DNA of 63,660 nucleotides, the filler included, from Stramenopiles sp. TOSAG23-6 (taxonomy: Eukaryota): assembly GCA_900128565.1 (NCBI GenBank). It is 42 parts of 42 records of this genome, joined end to end, with 100 filler letters (N's around TTAATTAATTAA, not from the genome) between each part and the next. Parts side by side here need not be neighbours in the genome. Positions count along the whole stretch, not along the records: positions 53,211 to 54,619 come from LT639091.1; positions 54,720 to 56,128 come from LT639092.1; positions 56,229 to 57,635 come from LT639093.1; positions 57,736 to 59,142 come from LT639094.1; positions 59,243 to 60,648 come from LT639095.1; positions 60,749 to 62,154 come from LT639096.1; positions 62,255 to 63,660 come from LT639097.1; 35 more parts are not named here. One strand, given 5' to 3'. The notes beneath the pieces were generated by a model that worked only from the letters and a program-made list of their open reading frames with translations, was not told the DNA's origin and ran no database searches. Of this stretch, positions 53,211 to 63,660 are shown in pieces; positions within the stretch are counted from its first letter, which is position 1, and each line of letters starts with the position of its first letter. Both the position numbers and the translations under genes were made by a program.

Positions 53211-54619
53211 ATGTTTTTTGGGGTAGTGCCATAGACTGACATTATCACTAAGACCAGTTCTATCATTCGGAATACGCCGGCGTCTCCCTGTTCTAAACGA
53301 TATCAAATCCTTATTTTTATTCCTCATTGAATAATTACTCGGCTTACTTTTACAATACATTGAGTTTTCTTCTTTTTTGGAAGCTTTTATTTGTAACGAA
53401 ATATTGGAATGTTTTGGTAATTTAATGCGCAAAGATGTGATTGGCCGACGGTCAAATTTTCTATTTATATCTGAATCACATCTATTGTAATGTAATGCAC
53501 TATGTAATCGTTTTGAATGTTTTGTATACTCAGTATGTGGTCTTCTGTCATTCACTGATTGTTCTAAAATCAGATTTGTACGATTCATACAGGTCCTTGG
53601 TCGATTTTTTCCTGCCCAATATCCATCCGCTGCTTTTCCATATACACCAAAATCATGTGGCTTATTTGATATAATACTGGATTCATTGGTGTCATCTATA
53701 CACTCATCTATTCTACTGCTAATGTCAAGATCTAATTGTAAATCGCCTAATTTCCCTGAAACACCTTTTAATTTTCTACGTTCATCACGTATTGCGAAAA
53801 AATATTGCAAAAAAAAATCGTTAGGTACAAAATTTCGTACGAAAAAAAACTACATTCGAAATTGAAATTGAAAAAAACGTACACGTTCCCTCATTTTAGC
53901 CTTCCATTGAAGGACTTTTTTTCTACGTTTTTTTAGTTTTATGATAAGGTTCTGTTTTGCATCAGCTCTCTCTTCAAGATACTTTTCATTCTCCATTTGT
54001 GCTACTTGCTTCGCTGGTGTACATGTATTTTGGAAAAAAAATTCAAATGTTTTTTCGTTAGGTACAAAATTTCGTACGAAACAAAAATCGAATTTGAAAA
54101 AAAGTAAAACATACATTCCCGTTTTGGCTTCATCAAACCCATAGCAATGAGCTTCTCTTCCCTCTTTCTTTTTATTTCATCTGCAACTTTATTTTCTTCA
54201 ATTGTCTGAATCGCTTTCATTAAAACTGAATTACTATTTTTTATGATTGCTGCTGTTTTTGTTTCATTATTATTTTTTTTTTTCATACTTTTTATATTTG
54301 CTTTTATTACCCCCGCCCGCATTCGACGGCCCTTCAAATTACTATACAAACACTCAGGATCTTCAAGCTTCCGTTTGTTCTCTTCTTCTTCTATACGTTT
54401 GATGTGAGCCCTTTCAGCTGCAATTTTCAACTGCTCTTTATAAGTCAAACCTGAAGTATCGTGTGATAGTAAAACAATCATGCGAAGGTAACCTAGAGGA
54501 TAATTTCCAGGTTTTATTGCCATAAGAGCCTCTTCCTTTTCAGCTAGTAACTTGGCCTCCTTCTCCATTAGCTCAGCCTCGACACGTTCTTGTTCTTTCG
54601 CTTTTTCAGCATCTATTTG
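53211..54619 (-). CDS. Uncharacterised coiled-coil protein, partial; includes intron 53787-53882 (GT...GT)
   Basis: Three exons join in frame using family boundaries. Confidence 0.55.
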
Positions 54620-54719
54620 NNNNNNNNNNNNNNNNNNNNNNNNNNNNNNNNNNNNNNNNNNNNTTAATTAATTAANNNNNNNNNNNNNNNNNNNNNNNNN
54701 NNNNNNNNNNNNNNNNNNN

Positions 54720-56128
54720 TTTCAAAATGTCCTGGTATAATTTTAGTTTTTTTACCTGGGAAGACACGCGAGCTAGTATATCTCGTGCATGAAATTTATC
54801 ATCATTGCACTCTTTCGGTGCTGTTCCACTTTGCAAGTTGGAAATATATTCTTTCAGACGGCACTCACACATATTTAGGACTGGAATTGAAACAGTTACA
54901 GGCCATTCTTTAGCTGCTTTTAGAGCCATTTCAATAGGTTTCTGGATTCCTTGCATCCTAATAAAATTTTGTATATTGCAATCCATGTTTCTGCCTGGTT
55001 GGAAAGAAAAATTTTGAACCATGTCATTCGGCAAATCAATGGAGGTAATGTTGCGTCACAAAGATCAATTGCTGCTTCCAGTTTTCCGCAATTTACAAGG
55101 TTTTGAACGATTCCTTTGTAAATAATACACATCTGAGTGTCGTTCTCGACAAGAACATGATCGATACATTGTTGCTGTACCACTGTCAATTTTGTATATT
55201 TTTCCCATCCGTATACTTGCGTTGACCATTTTTTAAAGTGTTTGAAATTATAAGAGATGAAATGAGATACGGCGTCGGTATACTGGTCATTTTTATTGTT
55301 TCCGTCAATGTTTTGGTTGTCATTATTTGTATCAAAGGTAGGAAAACACATAATGGATTGCTTGTGCTTTAATACATATCCATCTATGCAGTGTTGTGTG
55401 TGCAATAGACTGTTCTAATGCGTACCAAATAAAACGTCCATCTAATGCATTATGGGACTGTCTTAGTACACAGCAAAGTGGTGCCAAAAACAATCCATTT
55501 ATAGGAGATGAACTATTACGAGTGTCATCTAGAGCACTCTGGCTAAATAGATAATCTCTTTCAAGGTCAGCAATAAATCGAACGACTTCTAGATTCAATC
55601 GATAGTGTCGATATTCTTCAGAATTTTTCCTGTATATCTTCGGTGACGCAACAGAATGAGACGATGCTTTTCGACTAAATTCATTTACTATTGTAGATCT
55701 CAACGACAATTTCAAAAGATCTATCCCCATTAACTTGGACAGAGCTCGTGCTTCCACTATTCCGTGATTTTCAAATATTACTCTGGCAAGGATGGAGCAG
55801 GGTGAATGTTCGAGTACTGATAAGTTGTGTGAATCAACTCCACAGGAACGAAGAAGAGATCTAACCTCTACAATGTATTGTAAAAACTGCAACAAGTAAT
55901 GCATAGTCCCGTTCGATGATTTAATACATTGTTTATGTACTCCATATTCGGGGTTTTCTTCTTGTGAACTAGTATGTGGCTCTATATCATCTGCCGAAAA
56001 TGTTTTCATCACAGATTCCATAAATGTGTCAAGATATGTGTCCGAGGGCTTACCTTGACGACCTCGCTTTAATAATGAAAACACCTGACTAAGAGCCCCA
56101 AGAGCTTGCATCTTTGACTTTTTACGCG
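54720..56128 (-). CDS. Possible spastizin/ZFYVE26-like protein, internal part, with two frame breaks
   Basis: AL.....WP......VL..C and V...L.LYQ.IL resemble spastizin; three overlapping ORFs. Confidence 0.45.
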
Positions 56129-56228
56129 NNNNNNNNNNNNNNNNNNNNNNNNNNNNNNNNNNNNNNNNNNNNTTAATTAATTAANNNNNNNNNNNNNNNN
56201 NNNNNNNNNNNNNNNNNNNNNNNNNNNN

Positions 56229-56631
56229 CGAGCTGAAGAAGTCTGTTAAGCAGTTATTACACGAATATGTACTTTCTTCAGATGTACACGAAGCAACTCG
56301 ATGTGTACAGGAATTAAATTCAAAGTTTTTTCATCACGAAGTTGTTAAAGATGCTATAGAGATTGGTATGGATGGTGATGCAAATCGCCGTTCACAAATT
56401 TCGACACTTTTTGCGTTTCTTCACACGCAAGAAGTGATTGACATTGCTCAAATACAGAAAGGTTTTGACAGAGTTATGGAAAGACTTCCAGATACTATAT
56501 TGGATGTGCCTAATGCAGTTGACCTTCTCAGTGATTTTATTCAAAGAGCAATTAAAAGTGGATACTTACCTCCAAGTTTTGAGAAAAAATTTCAGGAACA
56601 GAAAAAAAATCCAAAATTTCAAGAAATGTAA
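56229..56631 (+). CDS. MA3-domain protein (PDCD4-like), C-terminal end
   Basis: LL.EY..S.D..EA.RC..EL...FFHHEVVK.A...Q..KGF.RV...L.D..LDVPNA. Confidence 0.9.
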
Positions 56632-56886
56632 CTCACCAAGAACCTTTTGAACACTAGTAATGTGTGATGTATTGAAATAATGGATATATAGAATTGTTAC
56701 ATTATATTGTGTGTAGACTGCACTCAAGTACATTAAAAAGAATAAATGTACTGATGCTTATAATCTTTTTCTTTGTATTTTAGATTATTTTCTTTTTCTT
56801 GGAATCGATATAAAAAAAACAACTATTTCTAAATTTCCAATACAATAATTCATGATTTTTATGTATATTAAAAAATTAGGATAGAG

Positions 56887-57571
56887 CTATCGACTTTTTC
56901 TACACGTTGTACGCGCAGATGAAAAATAAGAACTAGTCCAAGAGTATTTTTTATCTAGTGTAGAATTTTTGATTTGCCGTTTGCTTTTAATTGGTTGTTT
57001 GCACTGTATTGATCGAAAATCGACATTTTGGTGATTTTCACCAACATTGGAAATAGAATTGACTTTAACTGGCTTCCTATCCAATATTTTACCTACGTTT
57101 TGAACAAGATTTGATGACGTTGAATGTATAACTGTGTGGGATTTTACTGTGCTATTAAACATGTCACCTTCAGCAACATTAGGGTTAGGGTTACTATCTT
57201 TATCAAAGTTAAGTGTATCTATACCAAGGAGAGAAATTTCATCATCAATATCTTTTGATATATCATTAGTAGTACAATGACGTTGTAAGAGTTTCCTATA
57301 ATATATATCACGTGATGTACCTTGTAATGTACCTAACTTGAAAAGTATATCATTTGCACTTTGAGTTTCACAATGAACAATTTCATCCACAAGATTTCCA
57401 ACTTTTGTTAACTCAAGATGAATAGTTTCCCATAATAAAGTATCAAAACTTATAGTATCTTGTTGTACTGTTGAATGATCAGATCGTAGTCTTTGTATCA
57501 CTTGACAGCCTTTATTTTGTAAACCTAACATTTTTAAGTAACATTGTACTTGAATGACGTCATAAAGGGGC
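56887..57571 (-). CDS. Last exon of an uncharacterised protein
   Basis: 228-aa ORF directly after a family-type acceptor (AAAAACAT). Confidence 0.5.
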
Positions 57572-57735
57572 ATGTTTTTTGGAAAAATATTTCAAAAAAA
57601 ATCGTTAGGTACAAAATGTACAAAAAAAAAATCAANNNNNNNNNNNNNNNNNNNNNNNNNNNNNNNNNNNNNNNNNNNNTTAATTAATTAANNNNNNNNN
57701 NNNNNNNNNNNNNNNNNNNNNNNNNNNNNNNNNNN

Positions 57736-57899
57736 GTTTCACCTTCATTTTTTTCAGCCACCCCAGAATCCATGGTATCATTTGCACTTTCTTCAGGTTT
57801 CGCCCCAGAAGCTAAGGCTTCATTTGCACTTTTTCCCGCGCTCACCCCAGAACCCTTTTTTTTATTTGCATCTTTCTTACTGCTCGCCCCAGAACCCAT
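57736..57899 (-). CDS. N-terminus of a probably N-myristoylated protein, divergent from the AP5B1-like gene
   Basis: MGSGASSKK consensus. Confidence 0.55.
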
Positions 57900-58152
57900 T
57901 TTTATGAGGAAACTAGCCTATATCTTTTCTTTCCAGTTGTTATCACAAGTAGTACCGTTGTAACGGCTACGATGATTGCTGCCGGCCGGCGTTTTTCCTT
58001 TTTTTTTTTCTTACATTCGGGTGTTTTTTTTTCGTTTTTGAAAAAAACGCTCCTGAGTCAAATCTCAAACTTCAGTACTCTGTAGCTTCTCTATACTGAC
58101 AGTCGAGAGCTCCTTCTAAATTGTGAACTCAATATCATCAGCGAGTTCCGTC

Positions 58153-59142
58153 ATGGTTTTGACACCAACTCATGAAAGCTGGTGGTTATTAATGAAGCGT
58201 AACCTTCAAGTTGAAGCAGATCCAACGGATGAAATGTTTTCTGTGATTGTGACGAAAGCACTACTAATTTTATTGGAAAAAAATGCTACACCGAGAGTCA
58301 AAGTTATTGTGTTGATATTTTTACAGGAGCACAGTAGACGTCTTTTCGCCAACATGGACCGCCTTTCAAAGTTTATGCGTACCGCCGAACATATACTTGA
58401 AAATTCTAGTGGTGATGGTATCAGTAGCAAATTTAGTGCAATACAAGATGATAACAGTCTGGTACAGGGACAACTTTTAATCACCATGACAACGGTTCTT
58501 CTTGAGATAGATGCTTATGAAAAACACCGAGCTTTGTTCAATGGATTCCTGAATTTACTCTGTCATATAGCATTTGCCACTGAGTCGCATTTATATTCAA
58601 GCAATAGTTTTATACGCCAAACTGTGTGTGAGAGTCTAAGAGAGCTTGAATTAACTTATCCTTGCATTTTATCTTGTCTACTTGGGAAACTTATATCTGA
58701 AGAAAAGTTGGAATCTCAAGATGTTATAGATCATAATTTGCCAGAATCATCAAACTCAGATATACCATTTCAATGGGGTGGTGNNNNNNNNNNNNACGAA
58801 TCACTAATAGTGCTACTTATTCTAGCCCGTTGTTACATGCCTGTAAAACTGAACGCTCGCACGCCAGTCATTCTTACACTGTGCTTTTTGCTACAGTACT
58901 AGAGCACATGTGCACCAAAATGGTTTCAAGTGACAATCCTCTAAAAAACAATTCATCCCATGACCCATTCCAATTTCAGTGGCATTATCCTAGATCAATG
59001 TATGCATCTGCACTCGATATTCGTGACGCTACAAACGACTCAATTCTAGCTCAATCTGTAACTACTGATAAAAGTAACTCAAAGCTTGCATTGTATGATA
59101 TTGAGCGTGTTGTTCCAATAATTGGATTTATACTTGATAATA
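58153..59142 (+). CDS. AP5B1: AP-5 complex subunit beta-1, N-terminal part
   Basis: KV..LIFLQE, GQLLIT.TT.L, RQTVCESLRELE..YP..L. Confidence 0.7.
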
Positions 59143-59355
59143 NNNNNNNNNNNNNNNNNNNNNNNNNNNNNNNNNNNNNNNNNNNNTTAATTAATTAANN
59201 NNNNNNNNNNNNNNNNNNNNNNNNNNNNNNNNNNNNNNNNNNAAAAAAAATTCGTTAGGGAAAAAATGTTTTGAAAAAAAAAATCGATTTTTTTTTTTTT
59301 TTTTTTTTTTTACCGAAATAAAAAAAAATAATAAAAAAAAATAAAATAAACCGTA

Positions 59356-60478
59356 CATGACAATCAGTAATACAAGACCACCAATTTTTACATTGATTGT
59401 TATTATTATTATTATTATTATTATTCTGTGATGTTTTTCCTCTGCAACTTTGCGTTGTTTTTATTGTATTCATTGGATTGTTTTTGATTTCTCTTTTTTG
59501 ATGGTTTTGATGATTTGTTTCTTTTGAATCTTCATTTTTATCAAGAGTAGGATGAACACTATTGAATTGATGATTAGATGAATACGATGATATATTAGTA
59601 GCAATATCTGCAGAGATGTTCTCATCCAATGGAGCATACAAAATTTCAGTAGAATGTAAAGTAGAATTCTTATTGTTTTTTTGCTGATTGGTTGTATTGG
59701 TTGTATTGTTTTTTTGGCTAGGGTTAGGGTTAGGGTTAGGGCATTCCTCAATGTCCACCGAAACGATACGTGATAAATGTACTATAATAAATGCAGCTAT
59801 GGTTGATAATTCTACCATGGTTTCATCATCAGTACTTGAAGTTTGATGTGTTGGAGAATATATTTTGAAACAATATTTCAAAAAAAATAGTAAAACAATT
59901 GTTAGGTACAATTTGTTTTGAAAAAAACAAAAAAAAAATTCAAATTCAAATTTAAAATTCAAATGTAAAATTCAAATTTAAAATTCAAATGTAAAAAAAA
60001 TAAAACATACATCTATCAAGTATCTACATGTTTGGATAGATCCCAAAAACAAAGATGCATTTCTGTCAACAGTACAATTATCACGATTAAATTTCGTTTG
60101 ACTGTTTTGATTGTTTTGATTGTTTAGATTGTTTAGATTTTCATCAAAATTTATGTTCAACTCCTCCCATTGCAAACATCGAAGCGGATCGAAATTTTCA
60201 TCGTGTTGAATAAATCTATTATTTTTATTATTTTTATTATTCTGGATTATTTGTTTTGGGTTTTCATCTCCACATTTGCTTTCGCGCACCCCATGACCTG
60301 AAAACGAATCAGGAATTTCTTTCAAAATTGGATTGTTTTGAGTTTTTACATTGTCTGTTGAAACAACAGAGAATGGACGCACTAAAATCATATTATACTT
60401 ATCACCGACAGCTAACTGTGTAACATAAAGTTTTCTATCATTCAACCAAGTGACTACACGTGGAGTAGACTCATCTTT
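59356..60478 (-). CDS. Uncharacterised protein with an RCC1-like repeat fragment, partial
   Basis: PR.V..L......V.Q.A.G....M.L. Confidence 0.4.
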
Positions 60479-60554
60479 ATGTATTTCGGAAAAATATTTC
60501 AAAATATTTCAAATTTAAAAAAAAAAAAAAAAAATGTTAGGTAAAAAATTTCAT

Positions 60555-60595
<41 letters not shown>

Positions 60596-60840
60596 TTTAA
60601 AATTTTTAAAAATTTTTAAATTTTTAAAAAAAAAAAAAAAAAAAAAAANNNNNNNNNNNNNNNNNNNNNNNNNNNNNNNNNNNNNNNNNNNNTTAATTAA
60701 TTAANNNNNNNNNNNNNNNNNNNNNNNNNNNNNNNNNNNNNNNNNNNNTGTATGTTTTATTTTTTTTCAAATTCGATTTTTGTTTCGTATGAAATTTTGT
60801 ATCTAACGATTTTTTTCTTAAATATCTTTTCACAATACTT

Positions 60841-62069
60841 TGATGTCACTCAATATTTTGAAATTAATCGATGGAAAGCGTTCCGTGAGAGAGATTTTTC
60901 ATACATTATTTGATAAGCAAATACTACAGACAAATGAAAAAATACAAGAGGAACTCGCAGTGGGATGGACTATTCTTTTTCAAAAATTAAATGGTATACA
61001 TCGATTATTTTTATCAGCCAGACCAATTGAAGATAATAATTATAATTCATCGAAATACCAAAAAAACAAAAATGCAACAACAACAACAACAACAACAGAT
61101 GATGTTTTTATATATTCAGATGATGAATTCAGTAATTTCGATAGTACTTCAAAGTCGACATCCACATCCACAATACAAAATCAACTTAATTCTACCAAAT
61201 ACAATCTTGCTATCACTGTAGTCACTGTGGTTATAGTCATGAAAGATTGTATTGTACTAGCAGGAGCAAATGAAACATCATCATTGCAATTGTTTGATAA
61301 CATTGTTGTTGGAATATACACTTTTGATTGTCTCTTTCGAATTTCTATTATGGGTATGTTTAAATATTGTATTGATTGGTTATGCGTAATTGATCTTTTA
61401 GTGTTGATGATGGACTATTTCATAATTATACTTTTATCAATGGACAAGACAACAACAAGAACTTTACGACTTTTTCGGCTATGTATGTTTTATTTATTTT
61501 TTTTGGTTTTCGTACGAAATTTTGTACCTAACAAAATGTTTTAGATTTTTTTTGAAATTTTGAAATTGAATTTTTTGTTTCGTACGAAATTTTATACCTA
61601 ACAAATTTTCAATTTGTTTTTGAAATATTTTTTCAAAATACATTTCGACTACTTCGAATAGTACGCCATGTGCGTCTTTGTAAAGTGTCTTCTATATCGA
61701 AGCAAACAACATTAAAATATACATTCGTACCTCGACACGCAACAAAAACACTAAATAAAAAGTATTTATATCAAAATGGTTCTAAATTGGGCATGGAAAC
61801 GAAACTCGTTCAAGTTCAAGTGTTTCGAAATATGTAGGTGTTATACAATTTTATATATTTGTTTTAATTTTTCGTAGTGAATTTTGTACCTAACAAATTT
61901 TGTACATTAAAAAAAAATTTTTTTTTCGTAGTGAATTTTGTACCTAACATATTTTGTACATCAAAAAAAACGAATATTTTCTTCACAAAACATTTCTGCT
62001 CTATCCATAGAACGAAAACTTGGAATGATTTTTAGTATGCTGCAACAGCCAGCAAGTGTGTATGGTATT
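60841..62069 (+). CDS. Protein containing a voltage-sensor-like (S1-S4) domain; intron 61483-61643 (GT-AT) splits S4
   Basis: IYTFDCLFRI..G...Y..D....ID; spliced RTLRLFRL|FRLLRIVRHVR keeps Arg at every third residue. Confidence 0.75.
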
Positions 62070-62414
62070 GTATGTTTTATTTTTTTTTTACAGAAAAATC
62101 GATTTTTTTTTTCGTACGAAATTTTGTACCTAACAAATTTTAGTTTTTTTTTTTNNNNNNNNNNNNNNNNNNNNNNNNNNNNNNNNNNNNNNNNNNNNTT
62201 AATTAATTAANNNNNNNNNNNNNNNNNNNNNNNNNNNNNNNNNNNNNNNNNNNNAAAAATATAAAAAAAATGTAAAAAAAATATTTAAAAAAAAATGTAA
62301 AAAAAAAAAATGTAAAAAAAAAATATAAAAAAAAATATAAAAAAAATATAAAAAAAAATATAAAAAAAATATAAAAAAAATATAAAAAAAAAATGTAGGG
62401 TTAGGGTTACGTAC

Positions 62415-63660
62415 TATATTGTGTCCGTAGTAAAGAAACACTCACTGAATCCTTTGGTAAAAATACTTTTGTATTATGTTTTGTACTACTTTTTGTATCT
62501 ACCAAAGTATGTTCTAAATGATGTCTTGCCAAACGTTCAAATAAACTGATTTTTAGTGGATGAGGAGAATTGTTAGGGTTAGGGTTTTGTGAATGAGGCA
62601 AACTATTACATCCAAACTCATCTTGTTTTGTATTTGTTGTATTTGTTGAATTTGTTGTATTTGTTATATTTTCATCATCATTTATATAATGTACATTTTT
62701 TTCTGATAAAACTGTAGGTGGTAATTGGCAATGGTCTCCTGCCAAGACTAGTAAACCATTATTACTTAATCTACAAATAGGAACAAGGGCTTCTGGTTCT
62801 TGACATTGAGACGCTTCATCTAATAATACAAGTATTGTGAAAAAATATTTCAAAAAAAAAACGTTAGGTACGAAATTTCGTATGAAAACAAAATTAAATT
62901 ATAAATTCATGTAAAACATACAAGATCAAATTCAAGATTTTTTAATGTTGCACTTCCACTACTAGCACAGGTGCAACACAACACACGAGCATCACCAAGA
63001 ATATCTCGCATTGCATGATTACGTATAGCATTATGAAATTTTGAACTTTCTTGTGCTTCTCTTGTTGCATGTTTAACATTTTGTCTTGTCTGAGGATCAG
63101 AAGAAATTAAATTTGTTTCTACAGCATATCGAAGTTCCGATAATGAATTTTCTTTTAATTGTTGAGCAGCATTCCAACCATTATCTTTTGAATCACTCAA
63201 TCGTGATTCCATTGATAAAGACAACAAATTTTGTCTAATTTTTGATTCATGACCAAGACGAATAGCAGGAACGTCAAGTTGTTGAAGTTGAGATAAAAGA
63301 GCATCTACACCGACATTTGATGGTGCTGTGACTAATGCCATTCCTGTATTAGGATTTCCACTAGAATCTGGACGATCTAACCACTCTTTAACAAGATGTG
63401 CAATTGAAAATGTTTTACCTGTACCAGGTGGACCTTGAATTAAGCTAAGTTTTTGACCTGGTGCGAGTGCTGTTTCAATACTTTCTCTTTGACTTTTGTT
63501 TAATCTTTTTTCATTGTTTGTTTTTTCGTTTTGACTTTTGTTTAATGTTTTTTCATTGATTGTTTTGTTTATTTTGTTTATTTTGTTTTTTTTGTTATTA
63601 CTACTATTATTTTGTAGTAATAAACTTCGTTCCATTGGATTATTTTGTAGTAATAAACTT
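62415..63660 (-). CDS. Duplicate of the SF1 helicase fragment at 1-1439, one 33-nt repeat shorter
   Basis: Same sequence at offset 62254. Confidence 0.9.

Noticed and set aside
54720-59142. Apparent clustering of AP-5 beta with a spastizin-like gene, and of two GCP6 pieces at 16858 and 19904
   Set aside because: They lie on separate fragments ordered only by length, so adjacency carries no information.

Overview
This window is not a contiguous locus. It is 42 unrelated ~1.4-kb AT-rich eukaryotic assembly fragments, sorted by decreasing length and joined by 41 artificial N44-TTAATTAATTAA-N44 linkers. Several fragments are duplicates or alleles of each other. The genes point to a flagellated protist (stramenopile-like by inference): IFT144/WDR19, alpha-tubulin acetyltransferase, RecQ, GCP6, cytoplasmic dynein intermediate chain, PIKfyve, VPS13, AP-5 beta, an ABCB10-like transporter, a Kir channel, and CHAT, CW, MA3 and EEP domain proteins. 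The main signal is one family of ~70-190 nt introns present in most genes, with consensus AT|GTAYGTTTT...TTTCGTACGAAATTTYGTACCTAAC...GAAATATTTTTYCAMAATAC-AT|. These introns almost never end in AG. Restoring conserved protein motifs requires GT-AT introns in most cases, and also GT-TT, GT-AA, GT-GT and GT-CG. The last two intron bases usually repeat the last two bases of the upstream exon, and the ends form an inverted repeat (ATGTAT...ATACAT). This suggests a transposon-derived (introner-like) invasion together with a splicing system whose 3' acceptor rule has shifted from AG to AT. A second pervasive signal is short telomere-type (CCCTAA)2 motifs inside exons, introns and promoters. All protein calls are by motif recognition from memory; no searches were run.
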